From assembly GCA_030704615.1 (NCBI GenBank), contig CM060732.1, positions 46,252,001-46,316,000 on the forward strand: DNA of 64,000 nucleotides, given 5' to 3'. The notes under the pieces are model-generated. The model was not told the DNA's origin, ran no database searches, and was given only the letters and a program-made list of their open reading frames with translations. This DNA is from Takakia lepidozioides (taxonomy: Eukaryota; Plantae; Bryophyta). This document shows positions 11,099 to 22,218 of this stretch, in pieces. A program made the position numbers and the translations under genes. Position 1 is the stretch's first letter. The number at the start of each line of letters is the position of its first letter.

Positions 11099-14027
11099 AT
11101 GATGATGCTCCAGAGACGATTGAGGAGGTGCTACGGTCGTCTCTGGAGGAGGGTCGAAGCTCGCGGGTGGGATGCTCCCCCACACAGGTACAGGGATGAT
11201 GGCAACATGCTCCGACACTGTCCGGAGCTCACAAGGAGACGGGATTTCCAGAGCCCGCGCTCCTTGCAGACGGTGGTTGTGGCACCTTACCGGCCTTCAG
11301 GGAGACAGACTGGAGGCATTGGCATGAGGCGATCTGGTGGTGGTTCTCATATTGATTTGCACCATGGAGCTCCAGACCGACCTTACAACGGGTATTGTTC
11401 TTCGGATGAGGTTTGGAATTCACAGAGATAGAATCGCTTCAGTTTATTGTAGGAGTTCGTGGGCCGCATTAGTTTTCTAACCCCCACATAGCACAGTGCG
11501 TATCCTTGTGAGCATCTGGGAGCGTTGGGATAAACTCTGCATATAAAATAAATAATTTGCAACCGAAGGTCATCAGTTACGCAAGATGGCAAGAATGAAT
11601 CATGCACAGTTTTTTGTTTGACAACAGGCTGGTGGCAGGGGTAGCGCCTCCACTATCACCACTGCTATTGAGAGAGGGGCAGGAGAGGGATTCAACAAAA
11701 AGAATTGTGACACTCTGGGGCATGTGAGGTTATTATGTAAGGAGGGGCGACTGAAAGAAGCTCTGCACGTTTTGAACCAACCAGGCATTCGGTTGGACTC
11801 CAATACTTATGTTTGTCTCCTGAGGGGATGTACCAAAGCCAAATCCCTGGTAGAGGGAAAGCAGGTGCATTCCCACATTACTCAAAGTGAATTCAAGCAA
11901 AAATTTGTTGTAGTTAATACCCTTGTCAACATGTATGCCAAGTGTGGGAGCATGGAGGATGCACGACAAGTTTTTGAAGAAATGCCTGAACGAGATATTT
12001 CCACATGGACTACAATTATGGGAGGATATGCCAAGCATGGGCAAGCGCAGGAGGCTTTCAAAATCTATGAGCAAATGCGGCTGGAAGGGGTGACACCAGA
12101 TAGGGTCATGTTCATCTGTGTGCTCAATGTGTGCGCCAGCCTTAGAGCCCTTGAAAAGGGCAAGCAGGTCCATGCTCACATCATCGAAGTTGGAATTGTG
12201 CCACATGTTAATCTGGAGAATAGCCTCATTGACATGTATGCCAAATGCGGCAGCATAAAGGATGCTCGCAAAGTGTTTGACAATATAGCCAAACGAGATG
12301 TGGTTTCATGGACTGCAATGATCACAGGATATGCTCACCATGGGCATGGCGAAGAAGCTCTGACATTCTATGAGCAAATGCAGCAGGAAGGGGTGATGCC
12401 CGATACGGTCACGCACACTAGCATTCTCAATGTCTGTGTCAAATGCCGGAGCGTGAAGGATGCACGACAAGTGTTTGACAAAATGGCCAAACGAGATATG
12501 GTCTCATGGAATGCAATGATTGCAGGATATGCGCAGCATGGGCATGGTGATGAGGCTTTCAAAATCTATGAGCAAATGCAATGTGACGGTGTGAAACCCG
12601 ACAGGGTCACTTTCACTTGCATTCTCAATGCATGTGCCAGCCTAGAAGCCCTGGAAAAGACCAAGAAGGTCCATGCAGACATCATCAAAGCTGGAATTAA
12701 GTCAGACATAATTTTGCAGAATACCCTAGTTGACACATATGCCAAATGTGGGAGCATAGAGGATGCATGCCAAGTATTTGAAAAAATGGCTAGACGGGAT
12801 GTGGTTTCATGGAATGCAATGATCACTGGATATGCTCAGGTTGGGGATGGTCATGAGGCTCTCAAAATCTACAAGCGGATGCATCAGGAGGATGTAATGC
12901 CTGACAGTGTCACGTTCATTTGTGCCCTCAATGCATGTGCCAGTCTAGGGTTTCTTGAAAAGGGCAAACAGGTCCACGCAGACATCATCAAAACTGGAAT
13001 TGTGTCATGCACCAGTTTGGAGAACACCCTTGTTGACATGTACGCCAAATGTGGGAGCTTGAGTGATGCACGTGAAGTGTTTGACAAAATGTCTGATCGG
13101 GATGTGGTCTCATGGAACGCGATGATTGCAGGATATGCTCAGCATGGGTGTGGTAGGGAGGCCCTCCAACTATTTCAACAAATGCGACAGAAATGCTTGA
13201 ACCCAGATGGAATCACCCTTACTTCGGTTATCTCTGCATGCAGCCATGTGGGCCTAGTGGATGAAGGCTGTCACTTCTTTAATTCAATGTGTCGAGATTA
13301 TGGCCTTACACCTACAGTGGAGCATTTTGGCAGCATGGTGGACCTTCTGGGCCGTGCAGGGCGATTGAATGAGGCAGAGAAGTTCATTAACAAAATGCCA
13401 ATCGAACCAGGTGCCTCGGTGTTGGGGGCCTTGCTTGGTGCCTGTAGGGTTCATGGGGATGTAGAGGTGGCAGAACGTACTGCAAAATGCTCTCTCGAGT
13501 TGGATCCACAGCAACCTGCATCATATGTGGTGCTATCAAACATCTATGCTGCAGCTGGCAGGTGGGACGATAAAGCAAAGTTGAGACAATTGATGGAGGA
13601 CAGAGGTGTGAGAAAGGAGCCAGGTCACAGCTGCATTGAGGTTAATAACCAAGTGCATACATTTGTTGTAGAAGACAAATTACATCCACTAATTGCGGAA
13701 ATCCATGCTGAGCTGAAGACGTTGTCTGGGAAAATGAAGGATGCTGGGTATGTGCCTGACATGCGCTTTGCATTGCATGATGTGGAGGAGGAGCAAAAGG
13801 AGTATTCTCTTTGTCACCACAGTGAGCGGCTGGCGATTGCTTTTGGGCTCATCAGCACACCCCTTGGGACTCCTATCCGCATCATCAAGAACCTTCGGGT
13901 GTGTGGCGACTGTCACACCGCCACCAAGTTTATCTCGAAGATTGTTGGGCGAGCAGTTGTTGTACGGGATTCCAGCCGCTTCCACCACTTCCAAGATGGG
14001 GTTTGTTCTTGTGGGGATTATTGGTGA
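11099..14027 (+). CDS. PLS-class PPR protein with E1/E2/DYW deaminase domain (C-to-U RNA editing factor), likely mitochondrial. Exons 11099-11410 and 11628-14027.
   Basis: About 16 P/L/S motifs, PG box ([10 protein letters not shown]), HHSERLA, CGDCH and terminal DYW. Phase-0 GT-AG intron 11411-11627 joins an Arg-rich presequence-like exon ([18 protein letters not shown]) in frame. Confidence 0.93.
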
Positions 14028-15429
14028 AAGAGGCAAACATGCAGGAAGAGTTTCTGTCGCTTCAATCCTAAAGGACAAGTTCACCTTGCATTCAAACATA
14101 CCTGTTGGAGTACAATCCAAAATACGTGGCTATGTTCTAAGGCAAATGCCATCCAGAGGGTACAATGTCCCATGGATTAGCTTGTGCCCACCTTGTGCTT
14201 TGATTGAAGCATGCAAAATTGCAGTGTTCACTTTCTTGAACAACTTCCGAGCAATTTTGGTTGCAGATCGCAGGTCAAAAGTGAAAACCAAAATGGTGTC
14301 AAGGAGACACATGGGTTGGCTGTAATGGGGGTCACTTCAAAAGTTGCCCCAGGTGGCGGTCCAACATTGGGAGCTGTGTCTGTTGCTTGTTTGGACCGTC
14401 AGCAAGGGCCACAGTAGTTAAGGAGCATCTCTCATTACAAGCAAAGTTTTCAAACAAGTCTTGACGAGAATGCAGCAGCAGGTACATATTTGCAAGTTGC
14501 TCTTTGCAACAGTGCTGTTCCCTTCACCTGTGAAATGTGCAGTAGAAGTTCGGGAGAGTCTTGTTTTGTGCATGGTCCGGCAATAGTGCTGCAACTGGAG
14601 AAGTCGTTGCAGATATCTGCTTTTTTGCCATCCAGTGAACTCTCCAGGTACTTGACAAGCGTTGCTCTGATATTGAGGTAAAGGTACTGGTTTAATTACT
14701 AAAGAGCTGTTCAGACATTGGAGCTTGCCTGGTAGGTGTAGGTATCTTGGTAGAACATGCTGCTCCATCTTCCAATCAGGCACAGAGTGACCGTCGTGCC
14801 GCACTTGAGTAGGGGTAGCGCTCCAGAAAGAGAAACAGAGACAGCGTAGTTAAATGTATTGAAGCCTTAAAAGAGCCAACAGCAACTTGCGGAAGTTATT
14901 GCAAAGTACAATAACATTGTTCTTGCATGCAGGCCAGGTGATGACCGAATAATGGCTGGATGTTCTTTTCCTAACCTTCACATTGCTGGGACAACAAGAT
15001 TATGAGGTGAGGTTACCTTCATTAAACTTGCCAAAGACTTCATGAAGAAAGGCTTGAAAGTGTGTAGCTTAGTGAATAAATTCAAATGTTTCTGTTAATT
15101 TTTCACACTGAAAAAAAGTGTTCGCATCTCGATTAAAGAATGTCCAGTTGAGGGGAAGAATGACAATGTTGGTCTCCTTGTGAAATAGCAACAGAAGCAT
15201 TTTTCATTTTTCCATTAAGCTACATAACTAAAACCACGAAGACCTACCTTACTATCACATGCTTTTCTTTCAATGAATCAAGTAGATCTCCCAGGAGAGC
15301 AAACATAGACATCAGAATCAGCAACTTTCGACAGAAGTGAAGGACAATGGAACTTTTTCTTATGGACAAGTTGCTTTCAGTGCTGAAGAACCCATTTAGA
15401 CTGCCAAGGGAAACAGGAGCCAACTGGTT

Positions 15430-15500
15430 ATTTTTTATTAAATTTTTAAAAGGGGAGCCTGGGAGTGACAACCCACAGTTCAGGCCCTTAACAAGAGGAG
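15430..15500 (-). repeat. 3' tail of SINE/LINE family (reverse orientation)
   Basis: T-rich tract followed by AAGGGGAGCCTGGGAGTGACA...TCAGGCCCTTAA, homologous to 61365-61420, 30935-30995 and the 3' end of the SINE at 32009-32206. Confidence 0.55.
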
Positions 15501-18500
15501 GGGAGTTCATCAGCCATGAGACATACAGGAGACTGTACCCAGACCCGACGGCCGCGAAACCGCTACCACACCCAACAGTAGCAGGATTTGTACCCCTAAT
15601 CACCTGGGTGGCACACCGTGCACTATCTAATTGAGGTGGTCTGACTTTAGTGTGAATTTTTGCTGGCTAGACTGGAAGACCAAATTGCATCATGAATATG
15701 TTCCAATCTCTTCGGCGTAAATTCCATCAACTCAGGGCGACTCGATCCACTTAAAGGATGTGTGGTTTTAGGCATTTTGTTGTATTCCACTCGGGTCCAA
15801 ACACCTATCCAAATGCATGTCCAAGGAGTTTCGTCATGAGTTTAGGAATTTGGACAAGTTGAGAGGGCTTGTGAGGGCAAAGGGCTCATATGTTTGGGTG
15901 ATACTTTGCTAGTCAGCCTGCTTTAACAATTGCCAGGAGGGAAATCAAACTCAGGTCAAAATTTCATTTTTTAACAACTCAGGATGTGACTCAGGTCTGA
16001 ATTTACGGATAACTCCAATACCACATTGTCTCTGAAAGAGGAATGACTCTCTTGAAGGCAAGGCCCACTTTGGGTCGTTCATGAATTACATGCCCACTTT
16101 TCCTATCACACTGAAGCCCAGGATTTAAGCAACCTCCTTTGAACTGGAGAATTAGAGAGGCTCGGTTCACAAAGGACAACAAACAATAGCCTGTGGAAAA
16201 AGCTTGCAGTGTAGAAAGATTCATATGCAACCAAGTTGAAGCATTTATGAGCGTCCAGACTGCACAATAAACACTTCTCCGAACGCACAAAAAGCACCCC
16301 GCATGCATCCGTGTCGATGGTGCCGAGAAATGATTTTCTGTGCCGGGAATTAGCGGCACCCGACGCAGTGCGTGTTCCCGGCGACTGTCGGCCAGATCGG
16401 TTGCCGCCGTAATGGCGGGGCATCTTTACTGACCAAGTCAGACTTCTGACGGCCATGCTGGGCTTTTATGGAGCGCCGTCGCTCGTTTCGGGGCAAACAT
16501 TATGGGATAATTCCAAGAAGCACGGAAACTGTCGGAACACATATTGTACCTACACAAGGGTCCTTTAACAAAAATTTAATTTAATTACCGTCACTGCGCA
16601 GTGCGTACCCAAAAAGCATCTAATTAATGAAAGTTGATTCTTCATTCGTTTGGGGCCCACAGCGCACGTGGATCTTCATCCGTTCATTTCAACTTTGAAG
16701 TTTGAACTGCAATCGAAAATCCGAAAATCAAAGCGGCCAATGGAAGGGCTCCCATAGCTTCTGGCTTTAAGACGGTAACGGTAACGGTAATCCGTTACTG
16801 CTGCCTGCTTCTTTCTTCTTTCGTTCTCTCTCCCCCTTTGTATACTTAGAATGGGAAGCAGCACCACAGCCTCACATCAGACTTCACAGCGGTGGATCCC
16901 TCTAGTTTCCTTGTTTCCTACTCGATTTCCCTTTCCTCAAGTAGGTCATGTCGGGTTCCTCAAAAAAATTCTGCTGTACTATCAAACTTATCACCAGCCC
17001 ATCTCCTTTCCACTGTATCCTTTTTTCACTCCCTTCCGTATATGATATGCATCTGCTCTTTCCGCGCTATGTTGGGAAGATGATGGACATGGATATTTTT
17101 CTCAGAATACTCTTAGTTTAGGGCAGACGTACAGGGACAGTGTCAGAGGGTGTCAGTGAGGGGAAAAACAGATCCTCTAATGTGTGGCTTGAGAAGAATG
17201 GGAATATATTATGCAGTGAGTAGCACGTGGGGAAGAGGTTTCGGTTGCTGGGCCGGGAACCAAGTCTTTTGAGTGATGAGGATTTTTCGGTGTACATTTA
17301 TCATCAGGAAGGAGACTGGTCACTGCAAGGCAATGTCCTTCCCATTTCCCATTTCTCGCTTGCAACTTCAGGAGGTCGCTTCCCAGTCTAGACTTAAGTT
17401 GGAAGACTTTCTGTACCTTAGACCTTCTTACTCGAGCTGAAGCAAAACCTGCACCTTTCTGATCTACCTACCCGGATTCCAACTCCCGAAGCTTCTCTTT
17501 GGATCCATCAGACATCCCTACCTCTGGGCAGTCCAGTTTGTGCCTAAGTTCCTGTGCATAATCAGGTGGCCCTGGGCTCCACTGTCAGTAAGAGCTCTGG
17601 ACAACAGGCCCCTCTATGGACTGTCCCTGTATGCTCCACACGTAAATATTTGGACTTTAAATATACAGTTTAGCCTCTATCTTTTCTCTTCAAGGTAATC
17701 ATCTGGGGTAATTACGTAATTGCTTGTCTCCCTTACTTCCCTTCACCCCTCCAGGCATCTCTTCGTCTGGCACCTCTTCTCTCTAGTTATAGTTGTAGTT
17801 TGTACACTGGTAGCCTAATCCACGAGCCAGCTTTTATCCGCCTCTCTTTCAGTCTGTCTACAGTTCCCCACTTCTCTTCCACACATCTCTCAACACTTAC
17901 ACAACACTAGCCGGTGGTACTTTCTCTTCCTAGTTAGACGTACTCTTTCATTAAAAGGTGGAAAGAAAGCCAAAGCCCACTTGGCCGGCACGCCACCGGT
18001 TCCTGCAGCACAGTGAGGCGCAAAACCCAAGACTATAATGACCGTCTCCCTGGACTCCCTGTGCCGGCTCCTGTCTAGTCCAGCCAGCAAAGAACTGTCC
18101 CCGCGGGCCAAAAGCCGAGGCTAGGTGTAATGTTCGCTAATGCCGACCATGAGCACCTGGAAACAAAGAAATGACACCCAGCTGGAAAGCCTCGGCACAT
18201 CTTCCCATGAGCGTTCCTACTTGAAAGTGCCATTTAAGTAAAGTAGTGCCATAAGTTGCTGATCGTTGATATTAGAGAAGAGAAAGAAATAGGCTGGACA
18301 TAGTCAACCCATGTAGGATCGTCAGGTTAGGTAGTAGGATTTCGAAACACCAAGCTGATCTGTACATTGTCCGATTCAATAGATCAAACGGTTGTGACCA
18401 TATAGATCGTAGAAATGAACAGATTCTTCGTAGGCATTTTTCATGAGGTAAGTGTCCTCCTAAGATAGCGTAAAGTAATATACTGCACAGATGTACATAC

Positions 18501-19966
18501 CAAACTATACTGATTAATAATGAAATTCCAGTATTCAGAACTCTACTCATTACCCTGAGATAGCTATGCTCTCGCGGTGGTGATCAGCGATGAAGTATGG
18601 AAGAAGGTGGTTTCTTGATCTCGAGTGGCAATATTCCAGGTGTTCAATGACCAGAGTCAATGCAGAGAACTTCTAGTCAATGGCGCAGCTCGCAGAAACA
18701 TGCAGCTGTCTGCAGCAAGCAAATCCGGCCAACAGACAAACCCTGTTGACTTGCACAAAAGGAACCGATCCATGCGGCTGGGAATGTTCCAGCTAGTTGA
18801 CTCCCTAGATTTCTCTCTCGAATTTGTCAAACTTGTGCTTTGGACCAGCTAGAGTACAGCTCAAACTTGCAATAAGACAGCTCTGAGCAGTGGCAGATAA
18901 GAAAGCTCCAGGGGCAGTGGTAACTTAGCTATATATGTTGGCTGGGTCGCAGCAGTTTGAAACCAACACATGAACCCACGAGCAACTGTACCCTACCCTA
19001 GTGACTATCATAAAGTAAACTGTACTGAAGTTGCTTCACAATTGCTGTTGAGACGAGCCAATTTAAGAGTACAACATAATCGATGGCCACTGATATGCCC
19101 AGTGTGGATGTTACACAGAGATCCACCCATGAGAGGTTAAATCATGAAGGCATGTACGTACACTACTGTATGCTGAAACAAAACTCCATGAATATTATTG
19201 AAATACCAAATCTGAATCAAAACCACAATCTCAGCAGTTGCATCTCAAGATCATTCGAACATCATGTTTCCATTGTAGTATCCAGTGCTTCACAAAATGC
19301 ATATCCTCTACAAACTGATGAGCGTTGATCAGAACTGGGTAGAATAATGGCAGGACTTTATTCTTCAAATTGGTCTTGCACCAACGCTAGTTCCTCTTTC
19401 TAACTTCGTACCCCAGAAACTGATCGGTCATCACAGTGGGCAGAAGCAAAAATTTAGAAAAGCTAAGTAGTCACCTTTTGGAGGTAACTTTCATGATATG
19501 GAAGAGTGTTCAAAGCTCAATGTCAAGTGAATCAACTCGTTCAGAGTATAGTGTTCGGCCCAACAATTTTTGATGTTGTGGCTGCTTTAGCCTCAGTCAG
19601 GGCTGTAAGGTTTAAAATGTTAATGTTTGTGAACTAGTCCAACCGGCTATGCTGGCATGTGTGTAGCTTCCAGCCACAGTCGGATTATTCCAGTGCCATC
19701 GCTATCATCGAATCCCCTTTCCAACTAGGAACCAGGAGCCTGATTCAATGCAGGTTTAGCTAATACTGCTACGCTAGAGCTTTTGTTTAATTCAGTTATG
19801 AACTGTAACTTTCAAATTCTCTCCATGCACCACATCAAATTCCGGCAGGAGGTCCAGAAACATACTCCCCTGGATTATCTCCCCAAGAATTGTACAACTG
19901 TCTCCAACAAGTGGCATATCCAAAACCCTGGATAGCCATTATTCCTTTGTGCATATCAGTTACCTC

Positions 19967-20945
19967 TCAAGGATTGAACTCCTTGTTTCCACATTGGCAT
20001 ACCCACACCTCTGGATAGTATCCCGCTTGTATGGCCCTGGAATAATTTGCATTTCCAATGGGCACATGGACTGGTGTGCAAGGTGAACAGTTCCCGCATT
20101 TCAGGTGGCAAGTTGGAGGAGATGATCCCACTAGCAGCCTTTTGCTCCACTGGACAAGAGTTGGAGCACCTTCATCAGTCAAGGCCATCTTGGAAGGGAC
20201 TGGGGTTGCTGTCACCTGTGATCTCGAGGAAGATAAAACGAAGTTAGCTTTAATCCCACATTTTCAGTAATTGTAATTGCGAGCTACCTTTATTGTAAGA
20301 CAGTTCTGGCCATCAATTAACAAAATCAGCAAGTAACATATCGATTGAGATCTCACCCTTTTTCTTAATAAGAAGAAGTACATGATCCTCGCATAGTTCA
20401 ATTATTATCATGGTTGTTTTTGGGAGTGTAATATATTATATGTCAAGTAGGAAATTAAGACGAACGGAGGATTTGGTGTTAAGCTCACACCTTCATTGCA
20501 AGCCAGGCACCAATACTCAAGGGTGCTGTAGTGGTTGCGGGAGTAATGGGAGTCTCCTGTCCTGACATACCAGCTGCACACCAATTTAACCAGAATCAGT
20601 GTATATCAGTAGAGACTTGTCCAGACAGTAAGGGAGGGATCGGAGCTCCATCTATGGATTAGAAGAGTTCTAAAGACAAAGAGATGCAACGTCTGGATAG
20701 CGTTGCACAACTACTCTAAACTCACATATCCCTGTTCTCTCATTAGTATCCTGTCCTAGCAATGCATTAGGTCTGTCCCAGATTGCAACTTCCTGTACTG
20801 AAATGATAGTAACGCATCTACACAAAATATATCATTTGATACATGGGTTCTGAATTGTACCAGGAGCAGGCCGAGAAATGACGCAAAGGGGCAAGGTTGC
20901 CAACAAGGTCAGTAGCAAGAGAAAATAAATCATCATGCGCGCCAT
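19967..20945 (-). CDS. EPFL: EPIDERMAL PATTERNING FACTOR-LIKE secreted peptide (EPFL4/5/6-like). Exons 20945-20861, 20573-20491, 20215-19967.
   Basis: Signal peptide MARMMIYFLLLLTLLATLPLCVIS, phase-consistent GT-AG introns, and six-Cys mature peptide GSSPPTCHLKCGNCSPCTPVHVP...YYPEVWVCQCGNKEFNP. Confidence 0.93.
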
Positions 20946-21769
20946 CCTGAACAACTGGCCACAAATCCCACTGGTTAGCATCTGCGTTATACACTAAAAA
21001 CCAGTCTAGAGATAGGAATGTATGTCCAATTAGAGCAATGGCATGAATGCATCTATATATGGACTCCACACACAACCATCCTTTTGGTTTGTTTTCGAAG
21101 CTTGGCCCTATTCTTCCTGAAGTCTAGCTCTAAATTCTTAGGGCAAGCTTCAAAACACTATGGAAGGAAACTCTCTCTAGTGCATGACATAGGATAGAAA
21201 CGTAAGCTATGAGGATCACTTCGCTCTGTAAGATGTGTACACTTAGCGGAGAGCACTCCCTACAAAACTTTCAACGTTGGTAGTGCCACTTCTCTCAATT
21301 CAAGTGATGGTCAGCCATTATTGGCGGTGCTTCCACCTAGCTTGCACCCTATCAAAACTGTCGCTCGACCTAGTTCCATTTTCTTAGAACACACTCTTAA
21401 GTTTGAGCTACAATTGACTACCACTTTGCATAAAGAAACCCGCTCAACTATATCGAGTGTTAGGCTACCTCCGTGCAATTACAAACTTCAGCATAAAAAG
21501 CATATATATGCATGCCCCAACTTTGATTTCCAGAACAATCGCTCACATTTCCCTTCGCTAAGAACACTCCCGAACTATAATTGAACTCAAAAGTACTCCT
21601 CCACGACAGCTGGCGCCAGCACCTAGATCGTGCACAAACACTCCCCAACCTCACATAGAGCGAAATAAGGCTCTCCTCGATTCCAACTGGCGCCAGCTAT
21701 CTGCCATATGCTCAAAATCCATATTGGCACCCTCACACAGACACTACACTAGTACTTTCACTGTGCTGA

Positions 21770-22218
21770 CGTCTGGACACATACAAATTCCCACATGGGT
21801 CATTCTACGACTCTCGCATAGGCACACTTGTAACATATACAGACCAGCACTCTGTCTAGTCTCACTTAGTCTCCATCGCTCAAACTCACTGTCCTGACGT
21901 CCGGACACCCACCCACACAAAAATTCCCAAGTCATTCTCAGATTTAGATTCTCGCACATACACACTTATACAGACAGACTAACATTCTATCTAGTCTCGC
22001 CTAGACTCTGTCGCTCAAATTAGCACCTATCTATTACTCTCGTCTCTGTACTTACGTCCGGACACCCACACACACAAAAATTCCCAGGTCAGTCTGAAAT
22101 TCTAACACACACTTATTTATACAGACCAGCATTCTCTCTAGTGTCTCGCTAAGTCTCTATCGCGCAGAGCACCTACCTAATACTCTCACTCTGTCCGGAT
22201 GTCCGGACACACACACAC
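21770..22218. repeat. Degenerate tandem repeat, about three units of 130-157 bp
   Basis: Units start GTC(C/T)GGACAC at ~21770, 21899, 22056 and 22201. The three full units each contain AAATTCCCA...ATACAGAC...CTAGT. Confidence 0.8.

Noticed and set aside
13600-14027. U-to-C (DYW:KP-type) editing domain
   Set aside because: PG box, HSE motif and DYW end are canonical C-to-U type; the same holds for the second PPR gene, which ends DFW.
11733-14325. Many antisense and alternate-frame ORFs over the PPR gene (likewise 44250-47570)
   Set aside because: Shadow ORFs of the repetitive PPR coding sequence.
15648-16456. Minus-strand ORFs with splice-like signals
   Set aside because: No consistent spliced reading frame or recognisable protein could be built.
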